This document shows, piece after piece, positions 26,337 to 41,300 of a stretch of DNA of 64,000 nt. Position 1 is the stretch's first letter. The number at the start of each line of letters is the position of its first letter. The notes under the pieces are model-generated. The model made no database searches, was not told the DNA's origin, and saw only the letters and a list, made by a program, of their open reading frames with translations. Made by a program: the position numbers and the translations under genes. Origin of the DNA: Deltaproteobacteria bacterium (GTDB taxonomy: Bacteria > Desulfobacterota > Desulfomonilia > UBA1062); assembly GCA_018436855.1 (NCBI GenBank), contig JAHDKO010000135.1, positions 22,929-86,928 of the forward strand. The letters run 5' to 3'.

Positions 26337-29300
26337 GCGGTCGGGCTGGATATTCGGGCAGCAGAGCCCTTGAGTGCATCCGGCCAGGAATCCGCTTATG
26401 TGCTGAGGATATCCGACTGCAGCGGGGTGGTGGAGATCAAGGCCGGTCAGGCCTCTGCCCCAACACCGTATTCGCCTGCCGACATCCGGCGCCTACCCGG
26501 CGACCCGGATGCCGGTGAGCTAGAATTCTCACTGCAGGGTTCCGACCGGTTTCATCCCCATGTGGAGCTGACCTTTTTCAATGGCGAGGTGCAGGCCTAT
26601 AACGAGGCATTCGTCACCGAGCCGAACAACCCCTCGCTGAGATTTCAATCCGTGTCCTTCGATGCCGACGGCCAGGACCAACGGCTGAACATATCGATCC
26701 AGGCGTCTGATGATATCGATATTTCGTACCTCGGCCTCCAGGCCGTAGGTCTTCGCATCTCAGAACTGCGTGCCGCCGGGGGCGTCATCTCCAGGGCGAG
26801 GCGGCAGGCATTTGCGGATACCTCGGGCAGCATCAGGATCTATCCGGATAGCGATGACCAGGATATATTTGAGTATAGTCTGAAGCTCGACTCGCCGCTG
26901 TCGGCCGAGGAGATGCACCACAATGCCCTGGTTCTCGTGGAAGGCCATGCTGTTGATGCCTCGGGCAACCAGAGCTCGTTCTCCGAAATCGTGATCGTCG
27001 GAGAGGACACCGAGGAGCAGATCTTCGGTATGGAAGTATCGCCTTCCAAGATCATATTCACCAATGCCATGGAGGTAGTGCAAATCATCCCGAGCATCGA
27101 GTTTCAATTCCGGGGATGGGTGCCGCTGCCGGGGGCAGGGCACGGCATCGGATTCTCCTCGTCCGATCCGTCTCTCGTGCATGTATCGAGTGACGGCCGG
27201 GTATATCCGCTGGCAGAGACGGGTGCAAGCCCCGTTCTCGTCACCGTTTCCGTCTCCGGGCTCGAATCCATGCAGGTTCCGGTGGAGGTCTCTTTCACCA
27301 AGGAACTGACAGGCCTGCGGCTCAACGGTTATGCCCCGGGCCAGACCGTTGTCCTGGATAGCCTCAACCATTTCTATCCCCTGCCCACGGTGCTCGGGGT
27401 TTTCAGCGATGGCACCGAGGCCCCGCTGACCGATTTCTATCGCGTGCAGGCGCAGGTGCCTGCGGGCGGCGAAGAGATCCTGACCGTGGACAGCGGCAAG
27501 GGGATGCTCTCCACCATGAGCATCTCCGAAGATAGCCCGATGACAGTGCATTTTACACTCATGCAGAACCCGGGCATCAGCCTCGACGTCCCGGTTGCCG
27601 CTAGGGATGCCCTTCCGGAGATCTCCCTGGATGTGCCTGACAGAGTCGAAGTGGGAGACACGGTTCTGCTGGCGGCGGATGCCTCTGACGATGTCGCCGT
27701 ACAGCGGGTGGAATTCCGTATGGACGGGGCGGTGGCGGGCCGCAGGCAGGCAGCGCCCTACGAGCTGACCATGCCGGCCGGCGAGATGCTGGAAGGCCGC
27801 GTGATCGAGGTCCAGGCAGTAGCCGTGGACAGTGCCGGCCAGATCAGGGAAACCCCGGTACGGGCGGTGACCATCGTTGCCAAAGAGGTCCCGCAGGTCC
27901 CGGCCTACGAGTTCGAACAGCCGATCAACAACCTCAGGGTCGTCGAGGGCAGCCCCTATGTCCTGAGCATCGTGTCGAATCTCGGCATAATGCCTGATAA
28001 CAGCTATGCAAGCGGCATATCATACGCCGAATTCTTTGCCGATGGCCAGAAGATAGGGACCGCCCGGTTCCCGGTGTATGAAAAGCGGCCGGTCCCGAAT
28101 CAGGATAACAAGGAATACCTGTATGAAGTCTGGAAGCTCGAGGCGGCCGCCCCTGTCATATCGACCGAGCAGACGAGCCTGGCAGTGACTGCCCGGGTCT
28201 ACAGCGGAAACGGCGGTGTCTCTGATGCGCCGGCAAAGCTCGTGAAGGTCGTCGAGAATCTCCCGCCGGCCGTCTGTATCATAAGGCCGATGGCAGACGG
28301 CATCGTGACCGCGGGCAGTCCGTTTGCCGTTGAGGTCCAGGTTTCGGACGACACCCTGTCAAAGGGGACCCTCATCGAGCTTCTGGCCGACGATGTTCGG
28401 ATCGCGGGGCGCACCTATAAAAAGGATGAAGAGGGCGTATTCACCGGTGATTACGAGGTGGAGGCCGCCAGAGAATCATTCACGCACCAGGTGGATGCCG
28501 AGGCCCTGGGCAGGGTGCTGGAGCTGAGCGCCCGGGTGGTGGATTATCACGGCAAGGTGGTCGTGTCGGAGCCGGTGCACGTATCGGTCAAGGGCGATCA
28601 GGAACCGACCGTGGCCGTCAGCCATCCCGTCGAGGGCCAGCATGTCGTGTCCGGTCTGCCCCTGGAGCTCAGGGCCAACGCGGCCGACGATCTGGGGATC
28701 AGTCAGGTCGACTTTTACATAAACGACCAGCTTGTCGGCTCAGATTACCGGACCCCGTTTGCCATCATCTACCAGACCCCGTCTTCCATCGAGACCGAAC
28801 AGCCCCTCTCTGTCTGCGCGGTGGCAACCGACACCGGCGGGCACGTGGTCCGGAGCGAGACCGTGACAGCCACCCTCGGCAGGGACGAGGAGCCGCCGGT
28901 GATCAATCTCGCCTCTCCCCCGATCAACGCCACCGACAGCGGAGACGACATCGCCTCGATCGTCGAGGAGACCGAGGCCGTGGTCAAGCTTGCCGGGTAC
29001 GATAACGTGGGAGTGGTCGAGGTCCGCCTCTCCGGCATCCGCAGGGTCGAAGGCCAGGGATACCTCCTGACCGGCAACAGTACTGACTCCATCGGCGAGG
29101 AAGAAGGGCTCAGGGTCCAGCAGCTCCCGGGTGCACTCAATGCCTACACTGCCTTTGTCCTGGTGCGGATGCCCTCGTTCAAAAACCTCAATGGGGTGCC
29201 CTTCGACCGGTACCCCATCCAGGCAGTTGCCCGGGACAGGACCGGGAACACCTCAGAGCTGAGCGCGGTTATCGGGGTGTTCAAGGATCAGCCGCCCGAG

Positions 29301-32300
29301 GTCAGGGCCCTCACGAGCGACCGGACCCGGTACTTTGTCGACGACATGGTGAACCTCGAGGTGGTGGCCCGCGATGATCGCGCAGTCACGGGGCTCACGG
29401 TCGGCCTGTTTGTGGACGAATCTACCGAACCCGTCCGGACAATCACCCACGGCCAATCAGGCGGGTTCGTGCCTATGGAGGTGGTCTCAGACCGCTTTAC
29501 CTTCTCCCTGGCCGAACTCGGCCTGAGCAATGACGGGCACGAGCTCGTGTTCGAAGCCCGGGCGCTCGACGCCATGGGGCACGAGTCCGAGGCGTGCCTG
29601 CTCCATGCATCGGTTGTCATGGACAGCGTCGGTCCGCAGGTGAGCATCGTGGAACCGCCCGTGAGTGATCCGCTCTATGCCGGCCAGAGTCCGGCCTTTG
29701 CCTGGCGGGCGGTTGACGACTCCCTGGTTTCATCCGTGCGCATAAGCGCCCTTGGCTCGGTCGTTTTCGAAAGGCAATATACCGGTTCGGAGTCAGCCGA
29801 TGCCGTCCAGGGCAGCATGGCCGTAGCCGTGCCCGCGGATGTGGCCGAAATGGTCGTCACCATCTCGGCAACCGACATCTACGGGAACGAGGGTTCACAG
29901 GACGTCTGCTACCGGGTCGAGACCGACCGGGCGCCTGAGGTGTCCATACGCACACCTTCCTCAGGGTCCCGGTTCGTAGAGGGGGAGTCCTGTACGGTAA
30001 ACGCTGTTCTGACCGACGACCGGCAGGTGGAGTCGGCCGAGGTCATGATCCTCTCGGGCAGCAACATCCTCGTGCACCGGCCGTTCGACAGTGAGGACAT
30101 CCGGCAGGCCGAGGGCCAGGGCGGATACGTCAGCATGGTGTTGACCGTTCCCACAAAGCCCCAGGGCACATCCGAGCCCATCCGTCTTGTGGTGAGGGCC
30201 TTCGACAGTGCCGGGCAGCAGGCCGAGCAGGCGATCGGCATCGAGATACTCGACGACGGCGAGCCGCCGGTGATCAGCTTGATCGACCCGCAGCAGGCCG
30301 TGGAGATCTTCCCGGGCGAGAGCATCGACATCCAGGCAAGCGCATACGACGAGACCCTCGTGGATACGGGCAGCATCGGGGTCTTTCTCATGGACGCAGA
30401 CGGCCGGGTACAGGGCGTGGAGTGGGAATACCTCGCGCTTACCGAGAAGCGTGAGGAGATACGCGTTCCCAACCCGGGGACCTTGGGCTCGATCGTGGCG
30501 GCATACCGCCACCGGGTGGACGTCAAGGGCCGCATCCGCATCCCCAGGTCGTTTATCGAGCACGCGGGGGAGACCTTCGAGCTCTTCCTGAGGGCAAGCG
30601 ACAAAGGCGTCAACACGGCCGAGACCTCCCGGGTGCCGCTGACCATACTGGCCGACACCACCGCGCCCGAGATCAGGCTTCTGGAGCCGCTGTCCCCCCT
30701 GTACGAGCAGACCGGCTCATTCCTTCGCCTGTCCGTGACCGACAATATCGCCGTGGCCGGGTACACGGTCTTCTTCAAGACAGGAGACGACCAGGCACTT
30801 TCGGTGCTCGTGGAAAAGAGCGGGCTGGAACAGGACCAGGTATTCTTCCCGGGAGCCGGGGACAGCCCGATAGCCCTGCCGCTTCCCCAGCCGTCAGGGG
30901 ATGCCAAGGCCCTGTTCACGATCACCGTAGAGGCCGTGGATACTGCTGGGAACCGGTCCATGGAGACCAGGCTCTTCGAGGTGCTTCCCGACAAGGCGCC
31001 AGCCGTAGGGCTCTTCGGGAAGTCGCCTTCGGGAGATTTTTTGCGGGCCGAGCCGGTGTCTCACGTCGTCGAGATAAGCGATGACATGATCGTGAATAAC
31101 CTGTACTTCCCGGTTCTTACCTCGCTGGACAACATCCAGGCAGACAGAGGTCCGACCGGCATCACGGCCCAGGACGGCGGGCCTGCCGTGACCATGGCAT
31201 ACCCAGAGGCGAACGGGTATGCCGGCGCGGTCTCCATCAACGGAAACCCCTATGTCTCCTTCGAGGACGGCGTGATGACCTCGTACCCGCTCGTTCCGGC
31301 GACCAGGGGGCATTTTGAGATCGATCCGGGCACCTTAAGCGCGGACGTCCTCTACAGCCTGACCATCTATTCCGACGACCCCTGCGGTGCACAGATTATT
31401 ACAAAGCAGGTCGCGGGCGGTCTGCTTCACCTGGATGATTACATCGACGAGAACACCACCCTCATCATCATCAGCCCGGACTTCTCGGCCGTGCCCGGTG
31501 CGCCGCAGTTTCTCCGGCAGATACGCGTGGACCTGAACCGGGACGAAGGGGTCGGCCGGTTCACTTTCGACGGGAGGTCATACTCGGATGACGGTCTGGT
31601 TCCCAGGGTCGAGCTGCTCATCGACGAGTCGAGAGACGGCGCCCTTAAGCCCGCCTTCATCGAGTCGCGGCCCGTGTGCAGCCAGAAGGGTGCCAGGGTG
31701 TACGCGGGGGTGGTTCTGCCCACGCCGGTCGAGCAGTCCATAGGGAGCTACTCCCTGCTTGTCCACGCCACCGACCGCCTCTCCCCGCAGAGGGGGCCCG
31801 TGGCACTGGGTGTGATCTCGACCGGGTCGGTCATGCTCGACACCGAGGCCCCGGCGGCCGCGATCGTCGAGCCCAGGCAGGGCACCGTGCTGGTGCCGTG
31901 CCAGAACATCGACCTGAGCCTGAGGGTCTCGGACAACTCCCGGACGCTTCGCACCATCCGGATACTCGAGAACCAAACCCGCCTGATCCGCGAGATCGGC
32001 GGCGCCTGCGACCGGAAAGAATATACCATACCCTACGAGGTACCACGTGAGTATTCGGGCGGAGAGCTTGAGATCTCCATCGTGGCGCTCGACGAGAGCG
32101 GCTACAGCACACAGAGCAGTGTGCTCTGTCTCCTCGACCGTAACGATGCCCCGCTGCTCAAACCGCTTGCCTTCTCGAGCTACCGGGCGGGGAATGTCTA
32201 CCGCAAGAGGATCACCGACCCGGTCTCGCTCAGTGCGGGAGAGTTCTGGGTGAGGAGCGGCGAGTCCTGCAAGGTGGAGTGCGAGCTCAGCGACGACGCC

Positions 32301-35300
32301 GGGCTGCAGGAGTTCTCGGCCTACCGCCTCTCTGCGGGCCAGCGGGCAGAGACCCTGTGCACCCGCACCTATCCCTACTCCTGTCCTGACAAGCCGGTCG
32401 TCCGCCGGAGCGAGTCGGTCGAGATCGTGTTCGATCAGATCGAACCCACCGAGTATGAGCTCGCAGTGGTCGATACCTATGGCAACACAAGCAGCCGCGT
32501 TCTCCTGATCCATCCGCTGATGAACGTGGTGCCCGAGATCCGCATAACCGGCCCGGCGGACGGGGCCGAGATCGTTGCCGGGACGCTGAGCCTCAAGGTC
32601 GGCGTCGTGGCAGCGGACGACCGGGCGATAACCCAGGACTCGGTCCGGGTGTTCGCCAACGGGGTGCCGCTGTCGTCCATGTGCGTGGGCGGCGACATCT
32701 CGGGCGGACAGAGCGCGGTGCACGAGGCATTTCTCTCGATATACGACAGCCTGGAGAGCAGGTACGGCAAAACCATCGCGGACGAGTACGGTGTGCAGAG
32801 CGGGGTGAACATCCTGATGAGGAACTACCTCCTCACCATGCCTTCGGGCCTGTACCAGCCGGGTGAGGACCTGACCATCTCCGCCTATGTCTATGACTCG
32901 GACAGTGCTGCGGGCATGGATGAGCACTCCCTGGCGGTCAGGGCGGACGACGTGATGCCCGAGGTGATCGTGAGCCCCTCGCAGAGCTCGTATGGACCCA
33001 TCGAGAACACGGACTTCACACTCTCGGTCCAGGGCCGCGACAATATCAAGGTCAACCGGATCGAGATCTACCGGGCATACGGTGTGCTCACCACGCAGTC
33101 AACAGTCGTGAGGACGCCGTACGAGCTGGTGAGGGCGATCGACACCATCCCCGCCCAGGACTACGAGCCCATCGATCCCGACTGGATCGATACCCCCGTG
33201 TATGACCAGCTCATGCACGTGGGACGGATGAGCGAGATTCTTTCGCACTTCGACGGTCTGAGCACCGCCGACATCGCCCGTTATGACCTGTGGGTACGGG
33301 TGGTGGTCAGGGATTCGAGTTTGAGCAGGGAATCCGAGCATTCCTACATGATCCGGATCGACGAGAGGCCGGTGATCGACCTCATCCGTCCCGCCCAGGA
33401 CAGCCAGGCGGTGGAGTCGACCGATCTCACGGTCCGGGTGGACGCGTTCGACGATGTGGGCATCTCGTATGTCATGCTGAGGGCAGACTATCCCGGCGGC
33501 TCCCCCTCGTACGAGCTCAAGCTCCTGAATGCCCCCTACCACTTCTCGGTGCCGGTGCCGGCATATGATCCGGACAATCCCGGCAACAACCGCGTTGATC
33601 TGTCGGTGGAGGCGATCGACACCTATGGGGTGCAGTTCAACGATCCCGACGGGCACGCGGTCTCCAAGAACGTGTCCGTGCTCGTCGTGCGGGACGAGTC
33701 GCCCACCATCGAGATCGCACAGCCCCAGGACAACCATACCCTCACCGAGGGGAGCTATCTGCTGGTGAAGGCCGTGGCCCTCGACGACGTGGGTGTCGAC
33801 CGGGTTGTCCTGAACATCAGCGGGCTCACCCAGGGAGACCGGAGCATGGTCGACCTCGAGTATCCGTACGAGTTCATCTTCGAGGTGCCGTGCGGGCAGG
33901 CGGGCAAAGACCTCGCACTGACCGCATCGGTCACGGAAAAACGGCGGGGAGGAATCCCGCGGACCGTAGAGACCCCGGTGCCGGTCCATGTCCATGTGCA
34001 GCAGGACACCCAGGCACCCGACATCAACGTTGTCCAGCCGGCATCGAGCGGCACGACCGTGGTCGAAAAGCGGCCGCTGCCGTATCACCTGATCATCCAG
34101 GACAACGTGAGTGTCAGCTCGGTGCGGGCCATGCTCTATGCCGACCGGAACCTCGACGGCCAGTTCGGCGAGGACGAGCGCGTCGAGGAAGCGCTGCTCC
34201 TGAGTGCGCCGTATAGCGGCACCTTGCCGGTAAAGACCCTCGATGTTTATCGTGCCGTACCCCCCGGCGACGATCGGCTGGCGCTCCTGTTCAAGGCTAT
34301 AGCCGTCGACGGCATCGGCAATGAATCGATCGCGACCAGGCCCGTGACCCTGGTGCGCAACACCCCGCCCGAGGTGACCGGCATCCGCGTGCTGGACAAC
34401 CGCGGGTTCAGTCTGGGACAGATCGCCGAGATCACCCAGGGCCGTCCCATCGTGCTCAATGTCCTGGCAAGCGATTCCGAGGCGGGAGTGGACAGCGCCG
34501 AGCTCCTGTATGCAATCGGCACTGATCCGGAGCAGGAGGATTTCGTTCTGCTCGGGCAGGACAGCGCCGCGCCGTTCAATTTCCATTTCCAGGTTCCTGC
34601 AGGCCCCGTTGGCGAGCAGGTCTTCTTCAAGGCCAGTGCCCGGGATATCGACGGCTACGAGTCATCGCTCAGCGATGTCATGCTTGCCCTGACCATCACG
34701 GCCGACAAGCCTCCCACGGCACGGATCGTCGATCCCGACAGCAGCCAGGCCGTGGTTATCGAAGGCGAGTCCATCGGCGTCACGGCAGAGGTGCACGACG
34801 ACCTCGGGTCCGAGGGCATCGACCGGGTGGTGTTCTATGTGGATTCCCAGCCCGTGATCTCGGTGTATCAGAGCATGGCGGTGACCGGTGGAGGGTTCGG
34901 GCAGGCACACCTTTACCATACCGACATCAACGCCCCGGAAGGGGTGGACGGCTTTGTCGTCCAGGCGATCGCCTACGACATCCTGGGCCAGGCCGGCGAG
35001 TCACAGATGGTCCTGATCGGGAAGATCAAGGACACCGTGGTGCCCAAGGTCAAGATCCTCTCCCCCGTGGACAACGAGATACTCACCACCGCAGAGCCCA
35101 TCCGGGCCGTGGTGGGAGTGGAAGACGTGGGGGAGATCGATCGGGTCGTCCTGACCTTCTACCGGCAGCATCAGGAGGGAGGCGAATGGGTGACGCTCGA
35201 CGAGTATGCCCTGAACCTGTTCCGTGACGATGTCAGGCAGGAGGGCGACACCACGCCGGTGAGCGACCCGGACTGTTTCTCCTACATCTACTGGGCGGAT

Positions 35301-38300
35301 TTCTCGGGCGGGAATATCCTGCGCCGGGGCGGGCACATGCGCGAGCGTGTGCTGGCCGTGGCCGAGGTGCAGACCCCCAACCACACCGTGAACGCGCAGG
35401 CCGCCTACGAGGTGGGCTGGGCCCTGAGCGAGAGGCGGTTTTCGAGCCCGGCGGAAGACCGCTTCGACCTGGCGGACGAGGTGTACTATACCGCCGTGGA
35501 CCAGTACCTGAGCAAGGGGAGATCAGGCCCCATGGTTGCGGCATGGGCGAGTGCCGACCCGATGAGGATTGAGCAGGGCCTTGGAAACGAGACCATCGAG
35601 GAACTGGGCGGCGGTGCATTGCAATACACCGGGATTGCGCTGTTCGATGCCACGGACAACGAGCAGGGCAACGGCCTTGGCGACTACTTCGTCTATTCAC
35701 CCCTGCTCAGCGGCTCTGCAGAGATGTTCGCCGGCACTATCGGCGAGATTTCCTGCGACGCCAATACGGTATTTGCCGGCAAATCAGGGGTGATCGGCCG
35801 GCAGCTCCAGCCGAACCCCGACAGCCACAGCAACACCGGAACAGACAGATTCCTGCTGTCCATGAAGAGCGAGATACAGAAAGACTGGCTCGATGGCGTG
35901 AAGGGAAGCGGGAACCTCTATCTTGAGAACACGGATGCCGAGCTGCTGATCTTCTCGCCGATGAACGGCGAGTACCAGCTCGGTCTTCCCTACCTGCTCG
36001 CCGGCCGCGTGGACCTGCCGTATCCCGACGTCTATGGTCTTGACCGCAGGGACGATCTCGTGTTTGTGGCCAACGGCTATGGCGGTGTTCAGGTCATCGA
36101 CATCAGCTCCTTCGAGGCCCCCTACCACGTCAGCTTCATCAAACCAAACGGTTTTACCCGCGACGTGCAGGTGCAGGGCAATTTCGCATTCATAGCAGCC
36201 TCCCACGAGGGGGTGGTGGTGGCCGACATCCGGGATCCGCTCATGCCCATCGTGGGCGGGGTTGACACCCTGGGTGTCGCCAACCGTATCCACCTGGCGG
36301 GCAACCGGCTGTTCGTCTCCGATATGGCAGGCGACGGCGGGGTGTCGCAGATCAATGTCATCGATATCTCGGACCCGTACCATCCCGAGGTGGTGCGGAC
36401 CATCGAGCTGAAGCCCGCACGGGCCGACCTGGTCCCTGACGGGGTGTACGACGTGACCCTCCAGGGCAACCTGGCCTATGTGACCGTGCACTACTCCGAT
36501 CAGGAGGATCACCCGGCCCAGTCGCTCGTGGAGATCATCGATCTCGAGAAAGAGCTCGACCCGTCGTGGGATCCGACCGTTCCGGTCATGACCCACCGCT
36601 TCGCGAGCAAAGTTGACTTCGCGGCCCGCGGCGTAACACTGGCCCGCGGCGGCATGCAGGTGGCTGCCGGCAAGTCCGGAATCGACCGCATAGAGTTCAC
36701 CGAGCTGACTATCTTAAGCCACTCCCCGGCTTATGGGGAGCATGATGTGCCTACCAATCTCGAAAGGATCACTATCGAACTCTCGGGTGTCCTGGGATCG
36801 GATGTGGTTTTGGGGGACTACGTCGAGGTGGTCCAGGGCGACGCCCTCATCGGCGAGCATGTCACCTCCCGGTTCCAGCTCGCGTATGCGCTGCGGGACG
36901 GCGAGCCGAACCGGCGGATCATCGAGCTTATCCGCAGCGATCAGTTCGAGCTGGTCCCGAACACACGGTATTTTGTCAGGCTCAAACAAGGACTGAGCGC
37001 TGTTTCGGGCTATGCCCTGGCCAGGGACTATGTCTTCGGGTTCTGGACATCCGGGGCAGGCGCTGCGCCGGCCCCGGATATCGTGTCGATCTGTCCCCTT
37101 GGAGCAGATGGAGACCATGCCTGCATCGCGGCAGGGGGCACCGAAGGCGGGACCGAACTGGTGATCCGCGGGGTCAATTTCGGGACAGACCCGCAGCTTT
37201 TCATCGGCGGGCAACCCATCGTGGTCGAGGAGGTGGAGCCTGCCGGCACGGTCGACGGGTTCGACCGGATCTATGCCGTGACCATCCCGAACTATGCCGG
37301 GCCTGCAGCAGTGACGGTGATCAACGACCACGGTCTCGAAGACACGGTCTACGGCGGGTTCACCTATGTAGACCAGCTCAAGATATCCTTTATCAACCCT
37401 TCGGTGGTCCGAACCGGCCAGACCGGTGCGAACGACGTGGTCGAGGTCACGGGCTACGGGTTCCACAACGGCATCACGCTGACCGCGACCAGGAGCGGCG
37501 ATCCGGATTCGGCTGTCACATACCGGGTAGACAACGAGCACCTGTCGCTCTACAGCGCCGAGCGCATGCAGTGGGTGGTGCCGGATTTCAGAAACTCGGA
37601 CGGGAAAGGCTACCGGGGATTCGTGGATGTCGAGGTCACAGACGAGCTCGGCAGGCGGTTCGTGCTGATGAACGCCCTGTTCTACGGCCGTCTCGAGGTC
37701 AACCATGTGCTCGAGACCGAAAATCCGTACAGCGCATCGGCTATCAGGGCCGAACTCGAGGCCCTGGCGAAAGGAGAGCCCACGGGTTATCTCCCCGATA
37801 CCCTGAAGCTGCCCGCGGGCACCATCGCCGGCCTGGCCGCCGATACCAGGCTCAACCTGGCGTATGTCCTGGGCCGGGGAGTGCTGGGAAGCGGAGTCAA
37901 AGGGCCTGAATACGTCTATGATCCCGACTATGTCGGGCACTACTATGCCCCGGGCTGGATCGGTCTTGTCCGGTATTATCCTGACAGGATCCCCGATGCC
38001 GCGCCGGTGCACGGGTTCTACTCAATCCTGCCGCAGGACATCGTGGCCAATGGCATGGCACTGGGTCCGGATTATGTCTATGTCATTGCACAAGGATACT
38101 CGTTCCCGCACATCGAAACCGAACACGACGGGCGCTCGTGGCTGCTCGTATACGAGAGGGAGACAGAGCCGTTGCCCGATAACCCCCAGCCCAAGGACAA
38201 GTCCGTCCTCTACGAAGTGCCGCTGCCGATCGACACCTCTCCGGAGAAGATCGTCACGGCCGGCAGGCTCGCCTTTGTCAGCGCGGGTGAGAGCGGGGTC

Positions 38301-41300
38301 GTGGTGGTCGGCCTGGCCGATCCCCTGCACCCCTCGGTCATCACCCGGATCAGGCAGGCGCTGATAAACGGCGTCACCTATCCGCTGGTGCCCTCAGATA
38401 TCGAGGTGATCGGCAATATGCTGCATGTGGACACCCGGTGCGGGAAGTCTTCCTTCCGGGTTCTCTTCGACATCACCAGGCCGTCGCTGCCCCAGGCCGG
38501 GACGTATGCACAGACATATGCACGGAGTGCCGGCTTTGCCCAGCAGTCGCTCTATGGTGCGGGGAATGCCCTGGACGTGGTCGATGCGTCGAGGCCGGAG
38601 CACCTGCGGCGGGTGGGGCAGTACTATGGATTCGGCTTCACTGTCCCGGGGGAAACGAAGAATCTTGCCGCCCAGGCAAGCACTGCGCTCAATATCACAC
38701 AACGCCGGATAGACGGCGGTTCCCCGTGCTATAATACCTATCTGGCTCTGTACGATGCCTGCAGGCTGGAGAACGTCACGCTCCTGGATGCCATGAAGAT
38801 CGAACAGGGCTGCATTCAGGAAGGCGGCAGGATCGTCTACACCGATGACGGTGTGGCAATGTTCGCCGTTGATACCGGCGGGCATTCCACGCTGAGCTTC
38901 GTGGACACGCTTACCCTCGACCTGGCGGGCAGCACGCCCGTTCACAACGAACGGGCCGTGTCGCCGGATATCGTGCCGGAGTTGCGTTTCACCGTTCCAC
39001 TGACCATGGACGAGACCGAGCTTGCCGCCTATATCGACCTGATCCGGGAAGACGGCGCTTCAGGCGGGGTGCCCCTGGCGTACAGCCTCTCCATCGACAG
39101 TGAAGATCCCCGGATCGTCCGGCTGGATCCGGCCATGGATCTGGAAGCCGGCACCCCGCACAGGATCATCCTGAAGGGAGTCCCATCGAGCCGCCGTACG
39201 CTCGGGCTCTTCGACCATGTCATTCCCTTTACCACCGGGACATCCACCGGGCCTGCCATGGAGATCGTAGATGTCGATCCCTGGATGATCGACGTCTCGG
39301 GCGGCCAGATATTCGTCACCCTGAGAAACGCATCGGGAAGCCCTTATTTCGCCATCTCCGGCCAGGATGCCCCGGTCATCGGCACCCGGACGGTGGATGG
39401 GGGCGTGGAGTATCAGATCAACGCCCCGGACAACATGGCCGGCCCCGGCACCCTGACCGTGCAGGACGGCAGCGGCAGGGTCGTGACCCTTATCGGTGCG
39501 GTTCAGTACGTCGAGCCGCTCATCATAAGGGGTCTGTCACCCGACACCGGCCCCCTGACCGGCGGGACCACGGTGGAGATCACGGGGCAGGGCATGCAGT
39601 CCTGCTCGAACGGGATCGAGGTCTTCTTCGGTGAATATCCGGTGGCTGCGGACAAGATCAAGGTGATCGACAGCGAGACCATCGAGGTGACCACCCCTGG
39701 CGGCCGCATCGGGCCCGTGGATGTACGGGTATGCCGTTCAGGCGCGCAGTGCGACATTCTCACGGATGCCTTCCGCTACACCCAGCCCGTCCAGTCGAAC
39801 ATTCTCGACAAGGGCCGGATCTACGACGCCCAGCTCGATCCGTCGCAGAACTTCCTGATCGCTGCGGCCGGGAGCCGGGGCATCGTGATCTATGACCTGT
39901 CCGCCTCGAACTTCACCACGGGCAGCGATCCGCTCAACCCCGATGCACTGCTCTCCCTGATCGATGGAAACAATGACGGGATCGACGACCGCGTCATGGC
40001 ACAGGTCTCCCTGCCCGGAGGCTACTGGGCACTGTCGCTCTCCGGGTATTTCGAGCGGGGGCAGGACCGCATCTTTGTCACGGCGGCCAGATACAACGGC
40101 ACGTACTTTACGGATGCCAGGCTCTTTGTGGTCTCGTTCGACCAGCTCGACATCTCCCGCTCCATGATCATCTCCTCTCTGGATCTGCAGTGCAATGTCG
40201 CCCGCGGCATCGATGTCACGCAGAACAAGGCCGTGATCGCCCTGGGGAACCAGGGCATGGGCATTGTCGATGCATACCTGCACACCAAGCTCTACATGAG
40301 CGGCCGCTTCACCCTGCCCGACAGCCGGACAGCCCTCGATGTCGAACAGCTCACCACCGAAGCCGGCGAGCCCGAGCTCTATGTCGTGGTGGGAGGCGAC
40401 TTCGATTTCAAAGAAAACCGCCTGCTTGAGAGCGAATACGTGGGCAGCGGCGGGTTCTATGTCATCGAGCACGATACCGAGGGCGGGCTCGGGCTGTTGA
40501 GCACCCTGGATGTCCCGGCGAGCCGGGTGGTGGTTCAGGGGCGGTATGCATACCTGGCAGCGGGTCAGGGCGGCCTGGTGATCGTCGATATCTCCGACCC
40601 GGCCGTGCCGCGCATCGTGTCCCGGGTGAGTGACGCGGGGTTCGTCCACGACGTGGATGTCCGGGGTGCGGTCGCCTACCTCGCCCTGGGCAAGGCAGGC
40701 ATCCTGACGGTCGATGTGAGCGACCCGGCAAACCCGCACAGGACGGCCGGGATGGATTCCTACCGGGGCAATTCCATCGACGTGGTCGCGGCAGGCAGCT
40801 ATATGGCAGCGGGCTGCGGCGTACCCGGCAGTGCAGGCTCAAGCGGGTCCGACTATAACGGCGTGGTCGAGGTCATACCGGATGTAACCCTGAAGATCCA
40901 CTTGGTGGAACCGGAAAACCGGATCATCGACACCGCGCTCGATGCCGTAGCGGACATCCGCGTGCACTTCAACAAGGCCATCGACCTCTATGCCGCAAAC
41001 CTGGAGGGCTTCGCGGTATACCGCGGGAACGGCAGTCCGCTGGAAACCGCGGTCAGCATCACCGGGAACGAAGCTTTCATCAGGCTGGACAAGCAGGGGC
41101 TGAGCGTCGGCGAGGAGCTCGAGCTGGTGGTCAAGGCGGGGATCGCCTCGGTGAAGCCCGCGCAGAGCGGGCACATCGTGCTCTACGAGCTGGATAAGGA
41201 CCAGCGTTTTGCCCTTACCTATCGCGGCGCGCAGGCCGGTGATCTTGCCGTTGATTCGGTCATGCCGCGGCATATCCAGGGAGGTGTGCCCGGCGTGATA

